DNA of 64,000 nt from Adineta vaga (taxonomy: Eukaryota > Animalia > Rotifera), in the NCBI GenBank assembly GCA_021613535.1, contig CP075494.1, forward strand, positions 7,192,001 to 7,256,000, in the 5' to 3' direction. Position 1 is the stretch's first letter; every line of letters starts with the position of its first letter. Made by a program: the position numbers and the translations under genes. The notes under the pieces were generated by a model that saw nothing but the letters and a program-made list of their open reading frames with translations, made no database searches and was not told the origin of the DNA. Below, piece by piece: positions 1 through 15,903 of the stretch.

Positions 1-974
1 TACAATAAAGATGCAATGAATAAACTCATCACGTAGAAAATATATAATTTGTTAGACAATAATTACAAATATAAATATCACGAAACAATACTTGTTTGCC
101 TCATAGCGTCTCACATGACGTGTTTGTTTCAATGGTATGCACTTTCATTCATCTCTATATGAATTAAATAGCAAATGAAACAATAGAAGAAACTATATAT
201 AGAAAAAGGTATAGTAATATATTATCAAGGACTGCTTGCATGCGGTAACACGATAATATGAAATGATAACAGAATGGAGGACGCAACACTTATTTCATCA
301 TTGATAACATTGTATTTTTCGTCTGATACATGAAACTCGAAACAGTAGGTTTTTTCTTTTATAGAAAGTCATTTTCTTCGAGATTTTATTACACATATGG
401 GTACGTTTTGACTTTTATATATATTTATCAAATATTTATTCGAATTTTATGGATAAGTAATTCGATGCTTGTATTTATCACAATTTGCTGATATGCATAT
501 ATGATTTAACGACAAATATTTTATTACTTAGAAGAAAAAGATCTCGAATATCTGTATGAGTAAAAAAGAAGAAGAAGAAGTAGTAGACAAAATGGTACGA
601 GTTCTATCAGGAAGGTGAGGTATATGTTATTTCGTGTCTTCTTTCAAATGTCAAATACAATAATAGAAGAGAGCGAAAAAAAAAACTTTCTCTATATTGG
701 TTTGATCTCTTTTATAGTTCATGACGAAATGCACTCAATTACAACTATATGAGTAGACTATTTCCAATTTGTGCGAGTTTTTTTTATAGGTAAAATAAAC
801 TAGAAGATTATAAGTCGTATATTTGTCTTTTGAATACCATTCATTTGACATTGACAAGAGTAAGAGTATATTTATAAACAAATTTATCCAACAGCGATAA
901 GTATTATGTATACAAGCAGTCGATTATAATTTGTCTTCATTTCTTTGCAGATCTTTGCGAAATAATTATCAAAC

Positions 975-1943
975 ATGACAGAAAGATTTATACCATCGCC
1001 ATCAGTTGATAGTTATACAAGACCAATGGATATCGAGATACCATTAATAGATTCGGATAATAATACTAATAATCTTACTAAACCAACTTATTCAAAGACT
1101 GTTGGAAGATTGAAATCAAATAATATCAATTCTGCATCTGATTCACAAGTTAAAGCTCAAAAGGAAAAAGATGTTTCATTATTGGATAAACTTTTCCCTT
1201 TGAGTCAATTGAAACATGTCGAATTCTATCAAGCACTTTTTAGTGAATATATCGGCACATTTATATTGGTATTAGTAGCTACATCAGCCGGTTTACCCAT
1301 CGCATCAGCACATGTACCTGATTTAAACGGTGCACTTGCATCGGGTCTTATTGTTGCAACAATTATTGTTTGTTTTGGTCATATTAGTGGAGCACATATT
1401 AATCCAGCTATAACTGTAACATTTGTTGTAGCGAATGAAATCGATCTTTATCGAGCATTAGCATATATTGGTATGCAATTACTTGGTGCGACATCAGCAT
1501 CAGCTTTATTACGATCAATTACACCTGAACATGCACGAGGTAATCTAGGTATGACAATAATAAATAAAGATATAACACTTTCTCAAGCATTTATTGTGGA
1601 ATTTTTAATAACGTTTGTTTTGTGTTATACGGTGCTTGCTATTTGTGATAGACAGCGTGATGATATTGGTGGTTCAAAAGCTTTAGCTGCAGGTTTTGCT
1701 GTAACAGTCGGCTGTTTATTCGGTGGTCCTTTTACCGGTGCTGCAATGAATCCGGCGCGAGCATTTGCACCTGCTGCAATTATGGATTCATGGGAAAATC
1801 ATTGGATTTATTGGTTTGGCCCATTAACAGGTTCAATCGTTGCCGCATTGATTTATACACGTGTTCTTCAAAGAACAGCAACATCTGCTGCTCTAAATAG
1901 ATCCTGTTTAAATTTAAATATTGACAGAGAAAATTATATCTAA
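975..1943 (+). CDS. Aquaporin (MIP family, AQP1/AQP4-like), single coding exon
   Basis: 322-aa ORF with SGAHINPA and GAAMNPAR NPA boxes, hydrophobic helices and HWIYWFGPLTG; splice acceptor TTTGCAG at ~944-950. Confidence 0.96.
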   Translation: MTERFIPSPSVDSYTRPMDIEIPLIDSDNNTNNLTKPTYSKTVGRLKSNNINSASDSQVKAQKEKDVSLLDKLFPLSQLKHVEFYQALFSEYIGTFILVLVATSAGLPIASAHVPDLNGALASGLIVATIIVCFGHISGAHINPAITVTFVVANEIDLYRALAYIGMQLLGATSASALLRSITPEHARGNLGMTIINKDITLSQAFIVEFLITFVLCYTVLAICDRQRDDIGGSKALAAGFAVTVGCLFGGPFTGAAMNPARAFAPAAIMDSWENHWIYWFGPLTGSIVAALIYTRVLQRTATSAALNRSCLNLNIDRENYI

Positions 1944-2689
1944 AAAACCGAAGCATTCATTGTTAAATCACATCTTTGTTCTTTCTTTTGCTTTGATTCT
2001 TTGCTTTTCATTTCTACGTATTTCTATTGATTACACGCTGTCATAGCGTCGAACTTTCAAATGAATTTTTATCTTTATTTGATATGAAAGCTCAGATTGA
2101 ACATATGTGTGAAGTGATTTCAATTTGATAAAGAAAACAAAAATAGAAATATTAAAATGTGCAAGACAAAGAGAAAGAACAAAATATTTCTATGAAAATT
2201 AAAATAGATTTCTTTTTTTGATGGGAAATAATCAAGAGAAAATGAAAAAAAAAAATAAATATTTATATGTAAATATCATCAACAAAATAAACACTCATAC
2301 ATGCAACAAGATTATTATCCATTCTCATTTCATAGACAACCTACTCACTAGAATTTGAAAGAATCTCTCACGCGGGACAATCATTCAAGTAACTAATATT
2401 TGTTTTAGAAAAAAAACGAGCAAAATTTCCTTCTTGCTAGCTCAATGGACGGATGGAGAAAAATGAAATCTGACAGTTCCGATGGGATAAGAAAACGAAA
2501 AAAGGAAAGGAAATGAAGAAGAAGAAGGAGAGAAAACCACAATCCGTGAAATGATAGAAAATGAAAAAAAAGGTGTTTTGAAGAAAGATTAACAATCAAA
2601 GAAAAAGAAAACCACCACACACACATCACACTTTATGAAAGTAAAACGAGGATGAAAATAAGCATTTTATCATCATTAATAACTGTATG

Positions 2690-5800
<3,111 letters not shown>

Positions 5801-7700
5801 GCAATCAATAACACTAATGTCATTTTAGAGACTTTCAAATATAACATATGGGAATAAAATAGAATAGTATAGAATGAAAACTCTATCAAAATTTTTCCTT
5901 TCTACTTTCTTTTGCTCAACATACCATAAAATAAATTCTCGAATTTTCTTTTCCTGATGCTTTAAGTAACGCTGTTGCCGTATTCCTATAGACTATAGTG
6001 TGTTTTCTTTCTTTCTTTTTAACTACTAAAAACACCATTAAAGAAAAAACTTTTCTTTCTTTTCTCTTCTCTACGATGTCGAGAAAAGAATTCCAGTTGA
6101 ATCTTTTTCTAGTTTCTTTTTACTTACTTTCTTCATTACTGTTTAAAATTTGATAAAAACAAACAGAAAAATGTGTCAGATTTAAAGCAAGGTCGATAAT
6201 CTACTTTTGTTTTTTATCACTATGTATACTTCTTTTCTTCTACATGTGTATTGAGCAAGAGAGGAAAAAAAGATGCATATTAACTAAATTTGAAAAAGAA
6301 AACCGGCTCGTAAATGTAACAAGAAGAAAGTGCGAATTGTATGTGTAAAATGTGATTAAAAATATATAGGCAATAACAACGAATGAAAGAGAACAAGATT
6401 GCTTCTTTCTTTTCTCGTTCTTCTTGTTAATTTGAATGTAAATTTCTTCAAATGTTGAATTTTCGTGAAAGAATATGTAGAAGAAAAAAAAACGTTCGCT
6501 GAATAGAAACCACCCACAAACAATAGATGATGTACATCTATGTCTTCCGTCTCTCAACTTGTGTCTCACCTGATGATGATGACGAAGAACAAAAATGAAG
6601 AAAAAAACTTAACTATTCAAAAGTTTCGGCGACCTGCTGCCACCCTTTTGGATAGTTTATCTTCTCATGCCTTCCTCTATACCGTGTGTTTATTTTTGAT
6701 CAATAACATAATTTTGAAATCCCTTCCGAGAAAGGAAGTTTTGAAATCTAAAGAAGATTATTTTCAAGTGTAGCAACAAAAATAAATATAAAAGAAAATT
6801 TCTCTTTCTTCTACTTCTTTACAATGTATTTGACAAAGAAAAAGTACATGATTGAACTTGATTCTATCAAAAGATATTTCATTATTACCTACCCTCATTG
6901 TCTTTTTTTTCTCTCTCTTTTGTTCCTTAACGTTGAGAATGAATGTATTCTAATCGTTGATTTTGATTAGCCTTTAGTAACTAAACAATACGAAAGAAGA
7001 AAAACGTCATCACTATGAAAAGATACATTGACGTAACTCAACAGTAGGAGTGATGGTGGAGACATTATCGATCATCGCTTACTCAACAATTTTAACGTGC
7101 CAATTCAATAAACGCATGCGATCGGCTCGCTAACGTCAAACAAACGATAGAAAGAAACAAACAATAATCTAAGATTAGTGTAGTAACATCTCAAAGTCGT
7201 CATCGGATTGAGTCAGTAATACGATGATGATTTTTGTTTTTCGTTCGATGAAAAGATGAACCTATTCATATTTGTAAGAAAAAAAATATTCGCAAAAACA
7301 TACCTACGATTTTTTCTTACAAGGTTATACAATTCTTTTAATTCTCTCTATAAAATCAACAAATAAACATCTCACATACCGAGTTCTTTTTGTTTTTATG
7401 TTGGAATTAAATCGATCAATGTGTCGTAAATAACAATACGTACATGACAATTAAAGAAATAATCAATCAATTTTTCATATTTTTGATAGTTAAATTGCTT
7501 AGTGTGACTATAGGACACCTAGGTACGTAGACGTCCACAGAATAAACTTGTAATCTAAAAAGCAACAAAAAGAAGAAAAAAAATGAAAGGTCTTATTTTA
7601 TTTGTAAAACAAATAACTTGAAATAATATTAAAGGAGTAAAGAGAAAAGAGAATGTTTGGTTTGTGTACTTTAATGAGAAAAATATGTAACAGATGCTTC

Positions 7701-7823
7701 TACGATGGCCATTATTCAACTGGTAACTGTGCACACCGAAAGAGGTTCTAATCTTCTTTTTTTACTTTATACAATAGTGCCATCTCGCCTTAAAATGCAA
7801 CAATGATTACTGGCGCCATCGTA
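7701..7823. mobile_element. Possible MITE relic of Tc1/mariner type
   Basis: TACGATGGC (7701-7709) and its exact reverse complement GCCATCGTA (7815-7823), with weaker similarity extending ~11 nt inward. Outer TA dinucleotides could be the target-site duplication. Confidence 0.35.
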
Positions 7824-8128
7824 CTTGAAAAAAAAAGTTTTTTTACTTTTTCTAAATATGTCATGCTTTCTGATGCAAGCATATTCCTTGTACATTAAAT
7901 AACATCAGAAAAGTTTTTTTTTCTAATGAAGCGTGACTGGACCTTTCTCTCTCTCTCTCACTTTCTTGTTGCAATAGAATGAAATTAAAATTGCATGTCC
8001 TTTTGTATTATATTTTATTTTCAAGAATCTTTGTTTGATTTTCAAAGTACATTCAAAACAAAATGCACTGTATGAATATGTGCTGTTTTAACATAAAATG
8101 TCAATAAAAACGGCGTTTTTGTTCCTTG

Positions 8129-8775
8129 TTATTTGCCAAGAAGAATACCTTCATTAGGTAAATCACGTTTTCCCAAAAGAATAGCTTCATTAGGTAAATC
8201 ACGTCTACCTAAGAGCACAGCTTCATTAGGTAAATCGCGTCTGCCTAAAAGAATAGCTTCATTTGGTAAATCACGTTTACCTAAAAGTACGGCTTCATGA
8301 GGTATTCGGCGTCTTCCTAAAAGGATAGCTTCATTAGGCAAATCACGTTTGCCCAAAAGTACAGCTTCATATGGTAATCGTCGTTTGCCGAGAAGGACAG
8401 CTTCAGTTGGTAGACGAACTGCACGTGTGTCTGTTCCACGTTTACCTAACATGATACCAACATAACCATCAGGAATATCACTGTTACTAAAGGTCCGTTT
8501 GTCCATTGATAAACTTGAATCTTCAGAATCTTCGTCAAAAGCTTTCTCAATAGAAGATACACCATTATGGACTGGTACAGCTCGTATGGTATTAATGAAA
8601 AGAAGGAAACCTAAATGAAGAAAAATAAGTCTATGAGTGATTAGCAGAACTAATTGCAGATCATTTATCATTTGATTCTTTTAATGTTTTTCTGTCGTTG
8701 TTCTTAATGACAAGAATTGAACTTACCTATAGTGAATAGGAACGTATATATAATCGAATTGGAAATCATTATCAT
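8129..8775 (-). CDS. Neuropeptide precursor ([LI]PxE[AG][IV]LL-amide peptides), 2 exons
   Basis: Exon 1 8775(or 8769)-8727 MIMISNSIIYTFLFTI, GTAAGT donor, acceptor at 8612-8611, giving a signal peptide through GFLLFINTIRA. Eight ~12-aa repeats each end in G-KR, G-RR or terminal GK. Confidence 0.93.
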
Positions 8776-9889
8776 TGGATTGATATTAGTAAATATGTAT
8801 ATATCTACGTATGAAGCTCAAATCTAAAATTTAGAATATTATATACTGATATTATGTAAATATGAATTGTTATGAACGAAGATTACATACACTTATTCGT
8901 TCTTTGAAAAAAGAAATAAAGAGTTTGATAGAAACAAAGAAAAATATAAGATAACGATTGTTAAATGAAGTGATCAAAATGATTTATATACTGTTTCTAT
9001 TCTTTGTCTCTCTTTCACTCTCTTCTCTGTTTAATCTTAGAAATAGAGAAAGAGAGTGAAAGAGAATAAATCCAATTTTCTTTATTTCTCGCTCTTTTTC
9101 TTCATTCTATCGAAATAATGACATTAAATATGTAGGCGATTTTTAACTTGAATTACAAGACATTTCTCGTGATTATGTTAACTTTATTCATCAATTCTAT
9201 TGAATATATCTAATTAACTTTGACTAAAATTTATTTCATTTTAAAATATTTCAAACGCATTTCTGAACACATATTATTTCGCCTTCAGGCATCATATGAC
9301 AATCAAAAAAACGTACTTCCACTTCAAAGTATTGTTCTTTTGCTTTCTCTGACTTTTGATTATGTAATTATCAAAATCATTCCCTTGGGTATAAACACTT
9401 ACTTATTCTATTAATCAGATGAGTTGAAGACTATGCACATCACAATTATTGTCATTGGGTGTACAAATTTGATAAGTGACATAAACAACACACATACTTC
9501 AAAAATTAACAAGATAAATTTGATTGTCTATATGGAAAGATTAATAGGATCGAAATTCCATGGTATAATGTTTTATCTCTCTGAAAGAACAAAACAGGTT
9601 TTTCCGATGAAATTTTCTACTTTGAAAAATGAAGAATGAATCAAATCATCCTTGAGACCGTTTTCTACTGTGAGCAAAACTTCGAAGAAATGTTTCTTTA
9701 ATTAACTATCATATCATTATGAAATAATCTGAATCTGACAAATTCTGTCCTTCAGAATCTTTCAAAATAGAGTACTACAAACTGATCGAACATTAGTGTT
9801 CGGAATATTTTCTCGAATAGACTTGAAAGTTTAGTGTAATCTGGATTTCGAAATTTTAAAAACTAAAACTAAAAGAGAGAATTGATGAG

Positions 9890-10060
9890 AAGAGGAGATG
9901 AAAAAAGAGCAAAAAAAAGTACAGACTGGACAATGAGAGAAGAGACGAAAAGGGGAAACACAGTAAAGACTGGACAGCGAGGGAGGAGAAGAAAAGGGGG
10001 AGAGGAGAACAAAAAGGTAAAGACTGGACAGTAAGACAAAAAGAAAAGAAAGAACATCAA
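9890..10060. repeat. Purine-rich tract with three AGACTGGACA motifs
   Basis: AGACTGGACA at 9923, 9967 and 10021 within A/G-rich sequence. Confidence 0.6.
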
Positions 10061-10932
10061 AGAAAATAGATCTAGCGGTGTCGAGGACTGTCATCTATCG
10101 ATGCTAGCCAATACTATGAACCACTGTATTTTTTGTTTCAGGAAGCTTTCAACTAAATAATCTGAATGGTTTTAAACGGGCAATGTAATTTGAAGTATAA
10201 AACATAAAGGTCTTCACTGGTGATTAGTTATCAATAGGTATTTTTTGATCTTGCTCAGAAAATCATTATGGAAACGGTTTTTTCATAGAGACTAAATAAT
10301 ATTATTCATTAAATTGAAATGTCTATGAAATATTAAAGTGTGTGGAAATAAATTTGAAGAGAAACAATATGTCTATCAGAACTATAAACATTGGCATGTA
10401 TAAAGTAAAAAGACAACTGATTTTATTGATCATTTGGTGTAACAACTATCTCATGCAAGATGAAGATTTCCACCTAACGACATCGAAGCATCAAAACATG
10501 GTAAAAAATTAATGATTTATATCGTGTAAATCATTTTGACCTATCTGTGTTACAGAAGTAACGAAAATCTATTGAGTATGAAATGATGTGAGCTATCCAA
10601 CAATATCATCTGTTCCTGTTACTGACATCATTGAGTTAAATAACAAATTTAAAAATCATTTATTTAAACTGAATGATGATTGTTGCAGACCGACCAACTC
10701 GCCAAGGAGTCTGATAAGATTCAGATTTTTCATAAAAGTAACAAATGGATCCATTTATTAGATCGTTGTGTTCAACTCCTGGTGTGTTTCTTGAGAATTT
10801 TCGACAGAGATTGCCAATGGGCGATATAGACAACTTCTGATCACTTCAATTCAATACTGTCATTATAAACCTAAACATATCATGTTTACCAAACAAAAAA
10901 GAAAAATTACACGACAGAAAGAAAACTAAATT

Positions 10933-11480
10933 TTATTTCGTTGGTTTTTCAGTTTGTTTCCCAATTGATTCAGCTCGTTTTTTCGCCCAATCTGGTAACG
11001 GTGCATTCCAATCACTTGGTGGTTCACTTCTCCTTTGCCATACATCATTATTTTTTGCAGATAGTTTTCGTCGAATCAGACGATCCTCTTCATATGATAT
11101 CAATTTCTTCTAATAATAAAATGTAGATAATTGATCGAGATAGTTCAGAGAACATTTCTTACTAATTCGTCAACATCTTTTCGTTGTAACCAAAACATAC
11201 AATTATGTAATGCTTCAGCAATTGGTGCACAATCTTGTTTTTCACCTAACATATATCGTTGATATAATCGGCCGCGCCATCCTAACAATAAAAAGTCAAC
11301 TAAAAACAACATATACTAACAATCAGTATCTCACCTCGACAATAAGTTAGTTCTTCATTGTATTCTTCACATGGTCTGATCTATAAATAAGACGATATAA
11401 AATGAGATAATCATATAGTTTGAATTTATTACCAGCCATTGGCCAGGTATTTCATCTTTTACATCTAAAGTATTTGACAT
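10933..11480 (-). CDS. C22orf39: UPF0545/C22orf39 (PANTS) homologue, 4 exons, not in ORF track
   Basis: Manual splicing gives MSNTLDVKDEIPGQWL|IRPCEEYNEELTYCR|GWRGRLYQRYMLGEKQDC...HNCMFW...|...NNDVWQRRSEPPSDWNAPLPDW, matching the family's RPC..Y..E...C and W..R..PP.DW motifs; canonical introns. Confidence 0.88.
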
Positions 11481-11584
11481 TATCTACAAAAAGAAACAAT
11501 CATTGTATCAAATTCATTATTATTGAAACTTCACGAAAAAGCACACGCGCACAATTAAAAATCAAAACTCATTCAGTATCATTT

Positions 11585-13507
11585 CTATGGACGTGTTCGT
11601 AAACCCCAAACAGATGTTCGACGTAGACCATAAGTCGGTCGAGCAACATAAGAGAATCGTTGTTGATTCAAAGCAATCGATGCACCAAGTAAGGAATGTA
11701 ATTTCTGTAGACCACGATCATCAACAACACCAAAGATATCCAATGAAGTCAAATGACGTGACTGTTTTAATGATCTAATAAATTTCAAACAAACAAGAAA
11801 GAACGGTAATGTTATAGATCACTGAAAAAAGAAATACATACGCATATGCAATGGGTGCAATAGCATAACAACGAGAAAATGCAACATGTTCTAAATGAAG
11901 ACAATTCCGCAGGACACTTATGACAGATTTATCAGTAAGAAGACTGGAATCACTTAAATCAAGCACACGCAAACGAACAGCACGACGTGTTAGATTTTCG
12001 ACACCTGAAAACCAATTTAATAATTCAAAAAGATCAGAAGCTTTAGAGAGAAAAAAAACTTTACATTCATCGGTCATTCCTTGTCGAAAACCACTCAATG
12101 TCAATTGTTCAATACTAGCTTGAATCGTTCGACATGTATAATTAACGCATTGATCATTTAATTGTGTCCAACCCAAATTCAAATATCGTAAACTATATAA
12201 ATTCAATTTGAAAAAATTCTCTTAAAATTAAATAAACTTTTCTTCATACTGTTTCATTTGTCCAGTAATAATCGAACAACAATCAAGATCAATTCCAGTA
12301 CACATCGTTAAATTCAATGTATCCAATTGTGTATTCAACGCAAGTTTCCTACAAGGAAAGAACGCACAATTTCTAACAAATCTATATTTAAACGAAGTCA
12401 CTGACTCGAAAATTGCTAAATTTAATGGTAATGTTTCTAAACTAAGTTTTCGTAATGATCGACAAGCACTTATTAAACTTAATAAACATTCTGATGAGAT
12501 TGTTGCAAGAGTTAAATCGAGAAATTGAAGTTTTGTAAACCTAAAATATTTCATAATAAAGATAAGACGATGAACAAATGAAAAGATAGTTATTTACCAT
12601 GTATTTCGGTTAGGTGAATATATAGAACTTCCATGAACCTAAATTAGAATCGTTCAATTTTCGTGCATACTAAAGGAATTCCGTTTTTCAATCTACTTAC
12701 AGTTGTTTGATACATTTTAAGAACAATTGTACCACGTAAAAGAACATCTCGTAAATAACAACTTTCAATATGTTTTCGCGACATATCTACTCGACACCAT
12801 AAACTTGGATCATGACTACACAAAGAACAATATGTTTTTTTTATTGATTCAACGAAGATTGCACATACGTTAGCGAACGTAATCGACGACAAACTTGAGA
12901 CATAGCACCCAATGCTGCACGTGGAAGATATTTGAATATTGAGAGAATTAATTCATCAGATAATAGATTAAAATAATCTGCAAATGATTTTATTGTATAT
13001 TAACAAATAATTAATCAGAAGACGAACCTTTTTGTTTCATATTATTCAAATTATGATAGGTTTTTGGTCGATTTTCTTTCATTGGTACAAATGCTGAGAG
13101 ATCAAGAGGACGAAATCGAATACGAAGAGGACCATTTTCTGATGATGAGATTCTGTTCATCGACTGATTTAAACTTGTACTTGATAATTGTCGAGAAAGA
13201 CTTGCTGATGAAACACGAGCTGATACAGGCTGCTGCTGCTGTTGTTGATGTTGATCATCATCGACGCCATTAAAGTATGTACTTTGATTATCAAATAAAA
13301 ATTCTGGTGCTTTTGGACAGATATGATTATGTACATTAAGTTGAGTTCTAAATCATCATCATATTATATTGTTTCATGAAAATAAACAAGAAAACTTACT
13401 GTGGAATGACTTGTGGAAAAAGATCTGTTGAATCACACCGACAAAGATCGTGTAGGTCCTTGATGTTTCAATGCTTGATAACGCTCTTTGACTTTCGATG
13501 GTTCCAT
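11585..13507 (-). CDS. SKP2: F-box/LRR protein SKP2-like, copy A (5' end uncertain)
   Basis: F-box exon DYFNLLSDELILSIFKYLP...VCRR..HDPSLW, LRR exons, and C-terminal ARPTYGLRRTSVWGLRTRP typical of Skp2. Confidence 0.85.
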
Positions 13508-13746
13508 TCTATCTAATAATCTAAACATCAATAAAAGTTCAATGTTCATTGTAATTTCTTGGATACATCATCTATCTAGATCTGTTATATCAGTTTCAAC
13601 AATAACTCAAAAAAGAAAATAACGAAAAAGAACAAAAAAAAGAAATACAATATCTTTATAAAACAGTTACATGTTCATATAACAAACAAAAACAAAAGTA
13701 TCAAATGTTTGATTACTATCTTGAAAAGATATCTGACTTCAAAGAA

Positions 13747-15515
13747 TTACAATCGCGTACGTAAACCCCAAATTGATGTACGGTGAGTGCCTGTTGTTGG
13801 TCGAGCAATATTCGAAAAAAGAAACTTATTCAAATGAATTCGTGTACTGCATTCATGTAATAATTGTTGTAATGGTCCTGGAGCTAAAGTTCCAAAAATA
13901 TCCAATGTCGAAAATGTTGGTATTAGTTTTAATGTACTAAACAAACAAAAGAAAGTAGATGAATAAAATTTGAATAGACAGAACAAATTTACATTAGTCC
14001 TGTTGCTGTTAAAAGATAACAACGTGATGCTGATAAATGTGTAAGTAAACGAGAATGTAGACGAAGTGATATAATAGATTGATCAGTTATTAAAAGTGAA
14101 TCACTAATATCGAGAACACGTAAACGAAGAGCACGACGAGCGAGTGATTGTATGTCTAAAATCAGATCAAATGAAAAACTAAACTTCTTAAATATTTTAT
14201 TCTCTTTCAATCGATATTAAATGAAGCAGATAACAACCCTTCTAGACTAAACCAGCTGATCAAGGGTGAAGTTAAATGAAACTTTGAGTTATAAGGAAAA
14301 TTTCTTCTTACGATCATCAGTTAAATTATGTCGTTGTCCACTCATATTCAATTGTTCAATACATCGTGGTATTGTTTCACATAGATGTTGAGTAGTTTCG
14401 ACAGTTAAATTCGTCCAAGCAATATTTAAACAACGTAATCTATGAAAATTTTTATTAAAATGACATACAATCAATAAATGAGTACTTAGTTTAACATACA
14501 ATGTAAGTTTACTGGTTATTAATTGAATACATTTCAAGGTTAAACCAGTACACATGGCGAGATTAAGTGTTTCAAGTTGTTCATTCAAAACAACTTTTCT
14601 ATAGAAGAAAATCAAATTAGTTTTTCGTAGAATAAAAAGAGAAATATTTACTCAATAGTTTCATAATTCAATCGTAATGATTCTAAACTAAGTTTAGACA
14701 ATGAACGACATGAAGTGAGTAAATTGAGAAGAACTTCATTGGACATATTTGTTAACGATAAATCAAGATGACGTAAACTTAAAGAAAGAATGAAATAGTT
14801 TGCTTTGTTAAAAGATATTTCATACTTACACAGATGATTCAATAGAAATTAAATTCGAATTACTAACCTAAAATAATCAAATAAGATGAGATTATTGTAA
14901 GTCAAATCTTACTGTTGTTTGATACATTTTAAGTGTTGTTGTTCCACGTTGTAGAAGACAATTTAATTGTTGATAATCAACACGTTTATAAGACATATCA
15001 ATACGACGCCATAGAGTAGGATGATATCTGCAATAATTAATCAGATGATTTCTGTAAATCAAATAATATCAAATATTTACCCGACTGCTCGATATCGTCG
15101 ACAAGTTTGACTAAAAGCAACGAGTGAAGCTTTATTTAAATAACTTAAAATTAATAGGATAATTTCATCCGGTATTTGAAATAAATCTATTTGAGCTAAT
15201 TCAAAAAATGACAAGAAAAGAGTTGATGTATTTTTAAAAGAATTAATCAATCATACATTTAATTTTTGACTTTGTTTTAGACGAAGAAGAAGACGAAAAA
15301 GGAAGTGTATTTGAAACGTCATCAGGCCAACGAGATAGAAGATCAATTTTTGATTTATTTTTTCCTCCTTTTGATTTATGAATCTTTTTTCCATTTAATA
15401 ATGGATTTTCATAATCAATTTCACTTTGTGCAATGATACTATATTTCTAAAGAGAAATCAAGATTTTTTCAGATGTAAATTTTAATACCATACGTACTCG
15501 TTTAGTAGTAGCCAT
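13747..15515 (-). CDS. SKP2: F-box/LRR protein SKP2-like, copy B
   Basis: MATTKR start; F-box IPDEIILLILSYL...TCRR..YHPTLW; LRR exons; C-terminal IARPTTGTHRTSIWGLRTRL; exon layout parallels copy A. Confidence 0.88.
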
Positions 15516-15903
15516 TCTTTTCAAAGAAGCACAAAAAAACAATAGAGTTCAGTGAATGATCTTGAAGTACGGCATCTACCGGCAATGATTATTATTTGTC
15601 CGGTAAATGACCATTGCTTTCTTGAATTTGACAGACATCTTATATCTTATCGTTAAAAAAATGATCATTCCTCGATAATTATTAATCGAATGAGAAATGT
15701 TAACGTATAAATTGTTTGTTCTAATAAACGAAGATTACACGATTTATTTTAAAAACTGTCCTTATCGTTTGTACAGGAGATGATAGATAATCCATGTTTA
15801 AATACAATTTCTCATTCATATGAAATAACATGGAATTGAACAATTATTATACGAATATATTCTATTTTAGAGTAAATGTTCATGTGATATTAATCATTGT
15901 CCG

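Noticed and set aside
2405-2629. Short Phe/Leu/Ser-rich ORFs (also 6240-6569, 9831-10094, 27417-27700, 49535-49763)
   Set aside because: Translations of T-rich or purine-rich UTR and intergenic sequence, with no splice or motif support.
8132-8420. 36-nt tandem repeats as a possible CRISPR array or satellite
   Set aside because: No spacers; variation follows codon positions of the neuropeptide ORF.
10440-10870. Exon-like minus-strand sequence downstream of C22orf39
   Set aside because: Stops in the frames examined and no recognisable family; at most an unidentifiable relic.
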